Assembly (NCBI GenBank): GCA_040752395.1
Contig: JBFMHD010000001.1
Location: 1 to 48,348 of the forward strand
DNA length: 48,348 bases
Origin: Candidatus Hydrogenedentota bacterium
GTDB lineage: Bacteria; JBFMHD01
Direction: 5' to 3'
A program made the translations under genes and the position numbers. Under the pieces are notes generated by a model. The model was not told the DNA's origin. It made no database searches and worked only from the letters and a program-made list of their open reading frames with translations. Of the stretch, positions 25,536 to 35,363 are shown one piece after another (positions within the stretch are counted from its first letter, which is position 1; each line of letters starts with the position of its first letter).

Positions 25536-26942
25536 ATGAGAAGATTTTCTTTAGGCTTGTTGATTGTTATATTGATAGTCTCATCTGTTAGTATCTCGGG
25601 TATATCACAGAATACAAGTAATGAAATTTTGAATAAGCTTGGTCTTATACCTGAGGTAATAAAAATCATTGAGGATGATTTTGTAACCGGGGATGCTATT
25701 GATAAAAAGGAATTGATTTATGGTGCGTTGAGAGGAATACTTTCTACTCTTGAAGACCCGCACACAAGATTTGTGCCACCTCAAGATTTTATTGAAATGA
25801 AAGAAGAGACAAGCGGAGAGTTTGGGGGGCTCGGGATGTACATCGGTATAGAAGATGGTATCTTGACTGTAATTTCTCCGATTGATGGGACACCGGCTTT
25901 TAAAGCAGGTGTAAAAGCAAAAGATAAAATAACAAAGATTGATGATGTCTCCACTGAAGGGATAGATGTACATCAAGCAGTCTCAAAATTAAAAGGTAAA
26001 CCAGGAACAAAGGTAACTATAACCATTTTAAGACGAGGTATAGAAAAGGAATTTGATCTAACTATTACAAGAGATATTATTAAGATACGTAGTGTCAAAT
26101 CCATTATGTTAAAAGATGATATAGGATATATTAGGGTAAGTACGTTTAATGCGCATACACAAGATGAAATAAAAGATGCATTTAATGATTTACAGAGAAA
26201 GGGTATGAAGAAATTGGTAATTGATTTGAGATATAATGCAGGTGGGTTGTTAAAGTCTGCTGTTATGGTCTCGGATTTATTTTTAAAAAAAGGGTTGATT
26301 GTATCTACAAAAGGAAGAGCCTTTGATCAGAATGTAAATTACGAAGCACAGGATGGTGATCCGCTTGAAGAGATACCTGTTGTTGTAATAATCAATGACA
26401 GGAGTGCATCGGCATCAGAAATCGTTGCCGGTGCTTTGCAGGATAATAAGCGAGCAACCATTGTTGGTAGGCAGAGTTATGGCAAAGGCTCTGTTCAGTC
26501 CGTAAAAGGATTAAGTGATGGGTCTGCTGTATCATTAACAACAGCTGAATATTATACTCCTTCCGGAAAAAATATTAACATAGATTATTTAAAACTAAAA
26601 AAAGATAAAGAGTATGCTAAAAATAAACCCTGGGGTATAAAGCCTGATGTTATTGCAGAAAACTCGCTTGATAAAGAATTTACAGCTTTAGAACTTTTAC
26701 ACATGTACTATTTAGCTGAAACAAAAATAATATTTGAGTTTGCTAAAGAAAACACTGATTACACTGATACTGATGTTAATGAGATTATGAATAAGCTAAA
26801 GGAAAAGAATATAAATATTGAAGAGGATAGAATAAGGCTGAGTCTTATTGATGAGTTGTCAAGACGGAATGAAAACAGAGTCTATTTTGATCTGAAAGCT
26901 GATTCACAGCTTTTAACAGCTGTTAATATATTACAGAAATGA
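25536..26942 (+). CDS. ctpA: Carboxy-terminal processing protease (peptidase S41) with PDZ domain
   Basis: A PDZ region (GGLGMYIG...SPIDGTPAFKAGVKAKDKITKIDD) is present. The S41 core includes DLRYNAGG and RSASASEIVAGALQDNKRATIVG..SYGKGSVQ. Confidence 0.9.
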   Translation: MRRFSLGLLIVILIVSSVSISGISQNTSNEILNKLGLIPEVIKIIEDDFVTGDAIDKKELIYGALRGILSTLEDPHTRFVPPQDFIEMKEETSGEFGGLGMYIGIEDGILTVISPIDGTPAFKAGVKAKDKITKIDDVSTEGIDVHQAVSKLKGKPGTKVTITILRRGIEKEFDLTITRDIIKIRSVKSIMLKDDIGYIRVSTFNAHTQDEIKDAFNDLQRKGMKKLVIDLRYNAGGLLKSAVMVSDLFLKKGLIVSTKGRAFDQNVNYEAQDGDPLEEIPVVVIINDRSASASEIVAGALQDNKRATIVGRQSYGKGSVQSVKGLSDGSAVSLTTAEYYTPSGKNINIDYLKLKKDKEYAKNKPWGIKPDVIAENSLDKEFTALELLHMYYLAETKIIFEFAKENTDYTDTDVNEIMNKLKEKNINIEEDRIRLSLIDELSRRNENRVYFDLKADSQLLTAVNILQK

Positions 26943-28060
26943 GAAAAATCACAGGCTCACAATTAATATTCGTATTGTTAATAATTACATCTGTGCTTAT
27001 TTTGATACTTTTTTATTTTGAGTTTCAATTACATAAAAAAGTGGTTAAAGAAGAAAAGATAGCGCAGCAGCAGGAACAGCAGATTTATAGTAAAATCTGG
27101 AAAGATATAGAAACTATTATAGATGATTCGATTTTGAATTTACCCGATGGTGTCAGGTTTGTAAGAAAAAAGGTTATATTTAATAATAATCAACCCACAG
27201 GTGATTATCTTTTCTTGTTAAAAAACGAGGATACGTATAAAGAATTAAAAGATTTTTTAAAAAATCAGATAGAAAAATCTCAATATGAAGTAAAGTTCAA
27301 AATCGAGGAGAATAAATATATAGTTAGATATAAGGACAAGATTTTGTTTTCGCTCAGCTCTATACTGAATTATGTTTCAAGTATCAATGTAATAATAGAT
27401 GATTGTGGTTATGGTACTTCGCTTGAAAAGAAGTTTCTTGAGCTTGATAATAGAATCGCTTTTGCTGTTTTACCGTATCTTAGGGCGAGTAAGAGATTTG
27501 CAGAAGAAGCTAAAGATAAAGGCTTTGATGTAATGCTTCATCTCCCGATGGAATCACAAGCTGGAAATAACCCGGGACCGTATGCTGTTTTAACAAATCT
27601 ATCTGAAAACGAGATATTACTTAGACTTGAGAAAGCATTTAATAATATCGGGATTGAGAACATATGCGGTGTGAACAATCATATGGGGTCTAAGGCTACC
27701 TCTGATGAAAGAACAATGAGAATCGTTCTCTCTTGCTTGAAGAACAAAGGATTGTTTTTTATTGATAGTTTAACCTCGAATAAAAGTGTTGGATTACAGA
27801 TCGCTAAAAAACTCGGGATACCAACCGCAGCAAGAGACGTATTCCTTGATAATACCATCACAGAAGAATATGTAAGAAAACAGTGGAACCATTTACTTAA
27901 TCTTTCAAAAAAAAACGGGAACGCCATCGCTATAGGCCATTGTATAAGTTTACCAACCTATACAATTCTTAAAGAAGAGCTGCCACTTCTAAAAGAGAAA
28001 AATATCTATCTTTTAAGGGTTACTGAAAAGGTTGGGGGGTATGAATTTTATGGTAATTGA
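26939..28060 (+). CDS. Divergent polysaccharide deacetylase (YibQ family)
   Basis: The C-terminal half has VIIDDCGYG, AVLPY, MLHLPME and NNHMGS, typical of YibQ-like proteins. It lies in the conserved envC-ctp-yibQ context. Confidence 0.75.
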   Translation: MRKITGSQLIFVLLIITSVLILILFYFEFQLHKKVVKEEKIAQQQEQQIYSKIWKDIETIIDDSILNLPDGVRFVRKKVIFNNNQPTGDYLFLLKNEDTYKELKDFLKNQIEKSQYEVKFKIEENKYIVRYKDKILFSLSSILNYVSSINVIIDDCGYGTSLEKKFLELDNRIAFAVLPYLRASKRFAEEAKDKGFDVMLHLPMESQAGNNPGPYAVLTNLSENEILLRLEKAFNNIGIENICGVNNHMGSKATSDERTMRIVLSCLKNKGLFFIDSLTSNKSVGLQIAKKLGIPTAARDVFLDNTITEEYVRKQWNHLLNLSKKNGNAIAIGHCISLPTYTILKEELPLLKEKNIYLLRVTEKVGGYEFYGN

Positions 28061-28106
28061 TCAGTTATAAGTGGGTAGAAAGTTAAAAGTGAGAAGTAGC
28101 AGGATA

Positions 28107-28187
28107 GGCTCCGGATTGCAGACTACAGGCTACGGGCTTTTGGCTCCAGCCGGCTGGAGCCTCCTATGAAAAGCCTTGAATCCTGTT
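28107..28187 (-). repeat. Mosaic intergenic repeat, copy F (partial word block containing a perfect 20-bp palindrome)
   Basis: GACTACAGGCTACGGGC...GGCTCCAGCCGGCTGGAGCC...AAAAGCC..TGAATCCTGTT is collinear with 4330-4405 of copy B. The palindrome is at 28142-28161. Confidence 0.75.
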
Positions 28188-28202
28188 AATGTAATTCAAA
28201 GA

Positions 28203-28230
28203 TTAACACCATACTCCTTGTTTTTATAAT
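28203..28230 (+). promoter_or_regulatory. Candidate sigma70-type promoter for tsaD
   Basis: It reads TTAACA (28203-08), a 16-nt spacer, then TATAAT (28225-30). This is 83 nt upstream of the ATG at 28313. Confidence 0.3.
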
Positions 28231-28312
28231 CTTTCAATCTTTGAACATTCTCATTTCTTTGAGCCTTTGTTACTATGTGCCTTTGTGCCTCAAACTGAGG
28301 AAATATTTTTTT

Positions 28313-29362
28313 ATGATTATTCTTGGGATTGAAACAAGCTGTGATGAGACCTCCTGTGCTATTGTTGAGGATGGCAATTTATTAGCAAATGTTGTAATAT
28401 CACAGGTTGAGATACATAAAGAATATGGTGGTGTGGTTCCTGAAATCGCTTCAAGGAATCATATTGAAAATATTATTCCTATTCTTAACCAGACACTTGA
28501 GGATGCAAATAAAAGAATTGAGGATATCACAGCTTGTGCTGTGACAGTTGCACCTGGATTAATAGGTGCTTTATTTGTGGGAACCTGTTTTGCCAAAACA
28601 CTCAGTTATGCTTTAGATATCCCGTGTCTGCCTGTCCATCATATCGATGCACATATCCAGTCAATATATCTGGAGCACAAAGATATTAAATACCCGTATG
28701 TCGCTTTTATTTTATCCGGTGGTCATACACAAATTGTATTTTGCAACAGTATTGGAGATTATAAAATTCTTGGTACCACACTTGATGACTCTGTTGGTGA
28801 AGCATATGATAAAGTAGCAAGGCTTTTAAATCTCGGATATCCCGGAGGCCCAATTATAGATTCCATAGCAAAAGATGGTGATAAGGAAAAAATAAAATTT
28901 CCAAAGGTGTTTTTAGATGAGGGGTCACTTGATTTCTCTTTAAGTGGATTAAAGACAGCTGTTTATTATTTTCTAAAAAAGAACAAGGGTGGCTATAAAG
29001 TAGAAGATATATGTGCAAGTTTTCAAAAATCAGTTAGTGATGTTATATTGAAACGCATAGAACAGATATATAATAGAACCGGGTGCAAGCGTTATATTTT
29101 ATGCGGTGGGGTTGCGGCTAATAGCTTTTTAAGAAAAGTTATGAAAGAGAAGATCAGTGAATACGATGGTGAATTTTACGTACCATCATTAGAATATTGT
29201 ACCGATAATGCAGCAATGGTTGCTCTTGCAGCTTACAGAAATTATGTGAACTCACTTATCACTTCGTCAGCACTGGATTTAAATCCCGAGGCATATCTTA
29301 ACATCACTGATTTTTTCAAAATTCAATCTGCCTGCTCGATGCCACGGCATCCAGGTTCATAA
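28313..29362 (+). CDS. tsaD: tRNA N6-adenosine threonylcarbamoyltransferase
   Basis: ILGIETSCDETS, EIASRNH, HHIDAH and SGGHT are present, and the C-terminal GGVAANSFLR is typical of the Kae1/TsaD family. The start is moved to the ATG at 28313 (GAGGA Shine-Dalgarno). The track's 24 extra codons lie in intergenic repeat sequence. Confidence 0.9.
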   Translation: MIILGIETSCDETSCAIVEDGNLLANVVISQVEIHKEYGGVVPEIASRNHIENIIPILNQTLEDANKRIEDITACAVTVAPGLIGALFVGTCFAKTLSYALDIPCLPVHHIDAHIQSIYLEHKDIKYPYVAFILSGGHTQIVFCNSIGDYKILGTTLDDSVGEAYDKVARLLNLGYPGGPIIDSIAKDGDKEKIKFPKVFLDEGSLDFSLSGLKTAVYYFLKKNKGGYKVEDICASFQKSVSDVILKRIEQIYNRTGCKRYILCGGVAANSFLRKVMKEKISEYDGEFYVPSLEYCTDNAAMVALAAYRNYVNSLITSSALDLNPEAYLNITDFFKIQSACSMPRHPGS

Positions 29363-29616
29363 GCTGTTTATTTGTTTTGGGAGGATGATAATTTTAAATA
29401 AACGCAGGTTTTTTTTCTTTACGTATAAAATAAAAAGTGTATAATAAATCTTATGCTGGATAAAAAATTGATTGTGAGTTATTTAAAAGGATATAAAGAA
29501 GCGGACAAATTGATACAGAAGATACAGATCAGTCTTAAAACTATTGTATAAAAACTCATAATAGAGCCCCCTAGCTAAAAAATGCATAAAATTCTAATTT
29601 TAGTTATAAAATATTA

Positions 29617-30783
29617 TTATAAAAATTCTATAAAGAGCAAGAAAAATATTAAGGATAAAAAATGTTCGTTTATGTATTCGATTGCGTTTTTTGTGTCAAG
29701 TTGCTGGGTTAGATTACCGGTTCGGATAAAGAAAGCTGACTCGTGCTGATGGGCTGTTACATAGACCGGTTTATGGAAAGGTTTGATGCGCACTAAACAT
29801 ATTTTCTTATCTTCAACATCAATAAACGAGATTTTAATGTTCTGACATGTCTCAGCACCTATTTTCTGTGAGATCAGTTGAACTAAAACCTGTTCAAAAC
29901 CGTCAGCATCCTTTTTCTTTAACGTTAGAAAATCTTTCTCTAAACCTATTATATTGCCTCTATCATCTACCCCAAGAATAATTGCCCCACCCTCACTGTT
30001 TAAAAAAGAAGCTATCTCTTTTAGAACAGCTATCTCTAAATTAGAATTGATCTTTTCCTGATGATAGTCCCAGCGTAATGAAGACTTAAATTCTAAGTGT
30101 TGTCCCTCGGATCTGGCTAAGAGACCAGTAATATCTTCAAGGTCTTCTTTAGCTGATATAAGTTTTAATGTAGAATAATAAATACCAAGCTGCATATTTA
30201 AGATCGCACTTCTAAAGAAAAAAGTGATAAGGGTTAAGCCTGAGAATTGAACAATAAGCCAGAAAATATGTGTATTATATCTCGGGTTTACAACGATACC
30301 AAGATATTTACAGGTGAATATAATAAAAAATATACCGAACATACCGAATAATAGAATAATATAAGGTCTATAAGGCATAAATGTAAAAGCAATGAAGCAT
30401 AATGAGGCGATAAATAAACCAAGTTGTGTCTTATGATTTGCAAAAAGAGTAAGTTGAGAATAAATATTATCAGCAATTAAATAAAATATTGAGATTAAAA
30501 GTATTAATCTTGATACTTTTTTGATAAAAGGAAGAAACGAGATTAATAACAGTGATACGCCTAAAATAATAAATTTTAAACTTATGATAGTGCCATGTTC
30601 CTGAGAGGTCGGGATGGAGAGAATGATTATCTGTGAGATAATTGAGAGAAGAATAAGAACAGAACCTAAGATTTTTAGACAATTTAATGCCTGGCTATAC
30701 CATAATTCTTTTAAGGCGACATCTAATTTAGGATGAAAGAGCCTGATGATTTTTAGTAATTTAGCTTTATTCATTATTTTCAA
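29617..30783 (-). CDS. Polytopic membrane protein with a C-terminal AlbA_2 (Schlafen-type, 'divergent AAA') domain
   Basis: About 6 predicted TM helices lie in residues ~35-200. They are followed by EGQHLEFKSSL...AVLKEIASFLNSEGGAIILGVDDRGNIIGL, the hallmark of the AlbA_2 domain. Confidence 0.65.
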   Translation of the reverse strand: MKIMNKAKLLKIIRLFHPKLDVALKELWYSQALNCLKILGSVLILLSIISQIIILSIPTSQEHGTIISLKFIILGVSLLLISFLPFIKKVSRLILLISIFYLIADNIYSQLTLFANHKTQLGLFIASLCFIAFTFMPYRPYIILLFGMFGIFFIIFTCKYLGIVVNPRYNTHIFWLIVQFSGLTLITFFFRSAILNMQLGIYYSTLKLISAKEDLEDITGLLARSEGQHLEFKSSLRWDYHQEKINSNLEIAVLKEIASFLNSEGGAIILGVDDRGNIIGLEKDFLTLKKKDADGFEQVLVQLISQKIGAETCQNIKISFIDVEDKKICLVRIKPFHKPVYVTAHQHESAFFIRTGNLTQQLDTKNAIEYINEHFLSLIFFLLFIEFL

Positions 30784-30858
30784 TAATAATTAATCCTGAC
30801 AAAATAGTCAATTAAATCGTTCTTGACCAGATGAAAATATTTAAAATATAAAGTTCTA

Positions 30859-32472
30859 ATGAGAAATGAATTAGTGATTTCTAATGAGAGGAAGTTTGCG
30901 TTAATATTATTTATTAGTATCCTTGGTCTTGGTTTATTTGTAAGATCAGTCTTTGTTTCTTGTGATATAGAACATCTTTTAACAATAATCCCTGATGATG
31001 CATTCTATTACTTTAAAATAGCTTATAATATTATATCTAACAAGGGTTCATCATTGGATGGGATTAATCTTACTAATGGCTATCATCCTCTGTGGATGAT
31101 TATTATTTTACCGTTTGCTGATCTTATTAAAAATGAATATTTTTTTATAAGGGTCATTATTTGTATTTGTATATTTTTGAATTATATTTCAGCTTTATAT
31201 CTATATTTACTATTAAAGAAAATAGTGGATAAATGGTATATTCCATTGACAGGTCTTTTGTTATATTATTTCAACCCGCGGATAATTATAGAGAGTTTAA
31301 ACGGTCTTGAGACCAGTTTAAGTAATTTAATATTTATCTACATACTTTATTATCTTGTAGCTTATTATGAAAAGCTAAATTTAAGTAGATATAAGATAAT
31401 TTTCGGTATTTTACTTGGGCTTCTTTTTCTTTCACGAACTGATAATGTGTTTTATATTATCAGTTATTTTTTTATTTATCTGTTCTTGTCCGGGAGAGAT
31501 AAAATAAGGAATGGTTTCTTTATATTTATTGTTTTTATTGCTGTAACATTGTTATGGTTTATCTGGAATTTAATTAAATTCAGGACTATTTTTCAAAGCA
31601 GCACGTTTACTATACCCTCTCTGGACTATGTTTTGATTTTCGAGAAAAATGGTTATTTCAGCAGAATTATTTTAACAAATAGCTTAATAAGATTTACAGA
31701 CTTTTTTAATAAAAATCTTGGGCATTTTCTTGGCTTTAATCCCTTGCCGTACACTTTTTTTATGTGCATAACAATATTTTCAATTGTTGCCAGGTGGGGG
31801 GTCGCATCAGCGTTGATACGCAAATATTTAATGTGTTTAATATCCCTTTTAATTGCGGGCCTCGTTTTAATTTTTTTGCACACAGCTATAAGATGGTATC
31901 CACGCTCTTGGTATTTTAATCAATTTACAATCCTTTCTGTATTATTATTTTTATTGAGCATATCACTTTTTGATTTAAAACACATTCTGCCATCAAGCCA
32001 GCGCCTGGTTGGGTTTCTAACTGCGTCGCTTGTATTTTTAATTTTATTTTTATCATTATTAAATACGATCAATCATTTGAAAAAAGGTATTTATCCGTGG
32101 CAGGTTGAGATGTATGACGCAGCACGATGGTTAAGGATGAATGTGAAAAGAGATGAACGAGTCGGCGTATTTAATGCAGGTATAATCTCGTTTTTTTCAA
32201 AAAGAACGGTTATTAATTTAGATGGAGATATAAATAATACTGCTTATGAATCGTTCAAAGAAAAAGAGCTTTTAGAGTTTATGCATCGGATGTCAATAAC
32301 TTATTATCTTGACTATGAACCCATTATGATGAGTCTGTATAAAAAATTTTTTGGTGAGTATAGAGATAGATTAAAAGCCATACCTATACAGGTCATCGAT
32401 AGACAGGATGTAGATTGGTTGAATAGCAAGATAAAAGTATATAAGTTAGAATGGAAAGATGGAATTTTGTAA
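30859..32472 (+). CDS. Putative GT-C fold membrane glycosyltransferase (ArnT/PMT-like)
   Basis: The protein is 537 aa with >10 TM segments. A DD motif follows the first TM segment (IPDDAFYYFKIA), as in GT-C enzymes, and a soluble C-terminal domain follows. Confidence 0.5.
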   Translation: MRNELVISNERKFALILFISILGLGLFVRSVFVSCDIEHLLTIIPDDAFYYFKIAYNIISNKGSSLDGINLTNGYHPLWMIIILPFADLIKNEYFFIRVIICICIFLNYISALYLYLLLKKIVDKWYIPLTGLLLYYFNPRIIIESLNGLETSLSNLIFIYILYYLVAYYEKLNLSRYKIIFGILLGLLFLSRTDNVFYIISYFFIYLFLSGRDKIRNGFFIFIVFIAVTLLWFIWNLIKFRTIFQSSTFTIPSLDYVLIFEKNGYFSRIILTNSLIRFTDFFNKNLGHFLGFNPLPYTFFMCITIFSIVARWGVASALIRKYLMCLISLLIAGLVLIFLHTAIRWYPRSWYFNQFTILSVLLFLLSISLFDLKHILPSSQRLVGFLTASLVFLILFLSLLNTINHLKKGIYPWQVEMYDAARWLRMNVKRDERVGVFNAGIISFFSKRTVINLDGDINNTAYESFKEKELLEFMHRMSITYYLDYEPIMMSLYKKFFGEYRDRLKAIPIQVIDRQDVDWLNSKIKVYKLEWKDGIL

Positions 32473-32474
32473 AT

Positions 32475-35363
32475 TTATTTACAGCAAATGTCTTTATAAT
32501 GACAATATTTGCAGGTGTCAGCGTCTTCGATTTGGATAAACGGTTTATTTATGTCAAAGATATCTGTAAATATCATACCGATTAATTTTTTAATTTTTTC
32601 TAAATCATTAAGACCTAATAGATAAGGTTCTTGATGGGGTTTGCGTAAAAAATTTATACCATCTACAATCTTTCTTATCGGATAGATTCCGAGTTTAAAT
32701 CTATCATTTTTGCTTAAGTTTTCAGTAGCTAAATAGAGATAGAAATAAAATAATAGCTGCAGGACATCATTCTTTTTCTGGAGTCTCTCAATCAGGGTTT
32801 CATTATCAGGAATAGAATCCATATTAAAAACAGCGTCTCCAGTAGCTCCAGTTTTATAGTCGATTATTCTATATACATCATCTTCTTTATCTATCCGATC
32901 AATAATTCCCTTTAAGATTATAGAATATTTTTTACCAGCTATTGCAAAATCAAATCCAACTTTTGTAGTATCGTCGTATTTCTTTTCAAGAGCGATTATT
33001 TTAATATTATTCTGTTTTGATTCATAAGAGATAGTTCGCTCGATAATTCTTGTCACTATCTCTATATTTATCTGATTTTTTCCTGTTTCAATATTCGGGA
33101 TATGATTTTTATATTCTGTGATTACAGATTCGGCCAGTGTTTTCTTAATTTCTGAGAGTTTATTTTTGTTGATAATTTTATCAATAAAATTTGAATATAT
33201 CTGATAAAGGATCCGATGAATAATAATCCCGAATACGCTGCTATCGGCACTCTCAATAATTTCTTCTTTTTCTTTGATTTGAAGAATATATTTAAAATAA
33301 AAAGAGAGGGGGCAATTTATATATGTTAATAAAGAGGTTGCTGAGTAAGATAGATTAGTTAATCTTTCTATAAGACCGCTATCCTTTTTTATTATTATTG
33401 GTTTTGGGGTCTCACTTTTGACAGGTAATGTGATAATTTCTTCTTTAATAGTTAAATTTGGATTTTTCTCACTATACTCATAGATGAGCTGTTCGATGTA
33501 TCTACTTTTGCCGCTTTTACCAAGTTCATCGGATTCGGTATTATAGAAGAGATAGATATTTTCTGCTCGTTTAATAAGACGATAGAAATTATAAGAATAA
33601 ACCGCGTCTCTTAACCCTGGGGTAGGAAGCCCGATATGGTTTCTTATCTCGTATGGGATAAATGTTTTATCGTGTTTTCCAGCTGGCAGGATGCCATCGT
33701 TTACAGAAAGGATAAAGACATTCTTAAAATCAAGTGCCCGTGTCTCAAGAAATCCCATAATCTGTAATCCTTCAAGCGGCTCACCTGTAAACGGTATCCT
33801 CGTATCAGAGATAATCCTTTTTAACAAACGCCAGAATGTAAAAACATCTATTTTTATATCACACTCTTTTATCTCATCCTGGATTTGCTGGATAATAATA
33901 AAAAATTGATACAGGTATTCATACTCGATTATTCTCCAGTCTTTTTCTTTATCTTTAGATATCTCTGAGCGAATTTGGATGAGTAGATTATAGATATTTT
34001 CAATAAAATTATCTACGCTTTCTGGCTTTTTGAAGATTATGTTAAACACCTCGTCTTTTGTAGAGATAAAATCCTCTTTAACAAAAGAGATATTTTTGTT
34101 TTTAATCTCATTAATCAGTTGAATAGATTTATCTTTTAGTAAAAGATTTATATAAGGATGCATTAAAATTTCGATGACATCTTTATAATATAGAGTGGTG
34201 CTGGTTTCGGAAGATAGAGACGATAATTGTTTTTCATTTTCATACATCTTTATAATTGAAGAGATAAGAGCATAGATAGGGGTAGATTTAAGCGGATAAC
34301 CCATTGAGACATTTATTTTTTTTATTTCTGGAGGTAATGAATTAAGCAAAGGGAAAAGTAGAGTCTCATCAGAAAGAACAAGAACGGTATCAGTAGTATC
34401 TGCATCAATTTCTTCAATGAAACCTTTAATTATTGACCCGGCAATCTTTGCCTGACTTATATCTCCAGCGCTACCTATAATTCTAATATTTTTTTTAGTT
34501 TCGGTCAGAATATCATCAATCCAGCACCATCTGGCAATATCTCTGCCGGTAGCTGACATCATTTTTCTGAAGAAATAGCCGGCCTCATGAAGAAAATCAT
34601 CCACAAAGTATTTATCCATATCCCAGTAAATTTCTGCATTATGGTTTTTAATAAAAGTATTAATAATTTTTTCTTCTGCTGTTGTTAAGGCATTAAAACC
34701 TGCAAAAATAATTTTTTTATTCGCAGGCCAGAATGGTTGAGGGGGTGGGTTTTCTATGATCTGGCGTAGTGCAAGGCCATAGTATGCTTCTCTTTTTTCT
34801 CTCAGTAAATTAGTAAAATTATCATAGAGATTTTCCATCCTGGTAGAAAAATATTTATATCGTTTGTAGATATCTTTTTGAGTAAGGTTTTCACGAATAT
34901 CAGAGATTTCATCTTTATTTTCAAAATATGTATCAATCTGTGTTAACTCATTCAAGTTTCTAAATATACCCTCTGGATTTAGTAAATACATATCTATCTC
35001 GTTAAAATCAGAGAGTAACATATCACCCCAGAAATAAAATTCATCAAATTCTTTTGGCTCATCCTCGGGATATAATGTTTTATAGACTTTAAATAGTTTA
35101 AAAAGCAGTGATATTTGACTTGGGAATATCAAGTTAGAAAGTTTTTTTATAAAATCTGGTAGAGAATAGAGCCTGGGTGACCACAATGGTTTTTTTAGTA
35201 AGTTATCTTTTTGAAGGTATTTTTTAAAAAATAACAGAGACCGGTGTGTTGGAAGGACTATAATAAGATCAGCTATCTTTATATCTTTTCTATCTATAAG
35301 TTCTTTAACTAATTTTTGTAAAAATTTAGACTCTGACAATTTTTTCGACCTCGATATATACAA
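32475..35363 (-). CDS. AddB-like PD-(D/E)XK nuclease subunit with a C-terminal Fe-S cysteine cluster
   Basis: The C-terminal nuclease motif (IIDRIDK...RIIDYKTG) is followed by a terminal CKYCHYKDICC (CxxCxxxxxC). It is paired with the upstream UvrD-like gene with a 38-nt overlap. Confidence 0.7.
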   Translation of the reverse strand: MYISRSKKLSESKFLQKLVKELIDRKDIKIADLIIVLPTHRSLLFFKKYLQKDNLLKKPLWSPRLYSLPDFIKKLSNLIFPSQISLLFKLFKVYKTLYPEDEPKEFDEFYFWGDMLLSDFNEIDMYLLNPEGIFRNLNELTQIDTYFENKDEISDIRENLTQKDIYKRYKYFSTRMENLYDNFTNLLREKREAYYGLALRQIIENPPPQPFWPANKKIIFAGFNALTTAEEKIINTFIKNHNAEIYWDMDKYFVDDFLHEAGYFFRKMMSATGRDIARWCWIDDILTETKKNIRIIGSAGDISQAKIAGSIIKGFIEEIDADTTDTVLVLSDETLLFPLLNSLPPEIKKINVSMGYPLKSTPIYALISSIIKMYENEKQLSSLSSETSTTLYYKDVIEILMHPYINLLLKDKSIQLINEIKNKNISFVKEDFISTKDEVFNIIFKKPESVDNFIENIYNLLIQIRSEISKDKEKDWRIIEYEYLYQFFIIIQQIQDEIKECDIKIDVFTFWRLLKRIISDTRIPFTGEPLEGLQIMGFLETRALDFKNVFILSVNDGILPAGKHDKTFIPYEIRNHIGLPTPGLRDAVYSYNFYRLIKRAENIYLFYNTESDELGKSGKSRYIEQLIYEYSEKNPNLTIKEEIITLPVKSETPKPIIIKKDSGLIERLTNLSYSATSLLTYINCPLSFYFKYILQIKEKEEIIESADSSVFGIIIHRILYQIYSNFIDKIINKNKLSEIKKTLAESVITEYKNHIPNIETGKNQINIEIVTRIIERTISYESKQNNIKIIALEKKYDDTTKVGFDFAIAGKKYSIILKGIIDRIDKEDDVYRIIDYKTGATGDAVFNMDSIPDNETLIERLQKKNDVLQLLFYFYLYLATENLSKNDRFKLGIYPIRKIVDGINFLRKPHQEPYLLGLNDLEKIKKLIGMIFTDIFDINKPFIQIEDADTCKYCHYKDICCK

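Noticed and set aside
29363-29419. A possible intrinsic terminator after tsaD: CTG-TTTATTT ... AAATAAA-cg-CAG followed by T8.
   Set aside because: The stem is almost entirely A/T, is bulged, and encloses a 22-nt loop, so its predicted stability is poor. The T-run alone is not sufficient evidence, and I did not list it as a feature.
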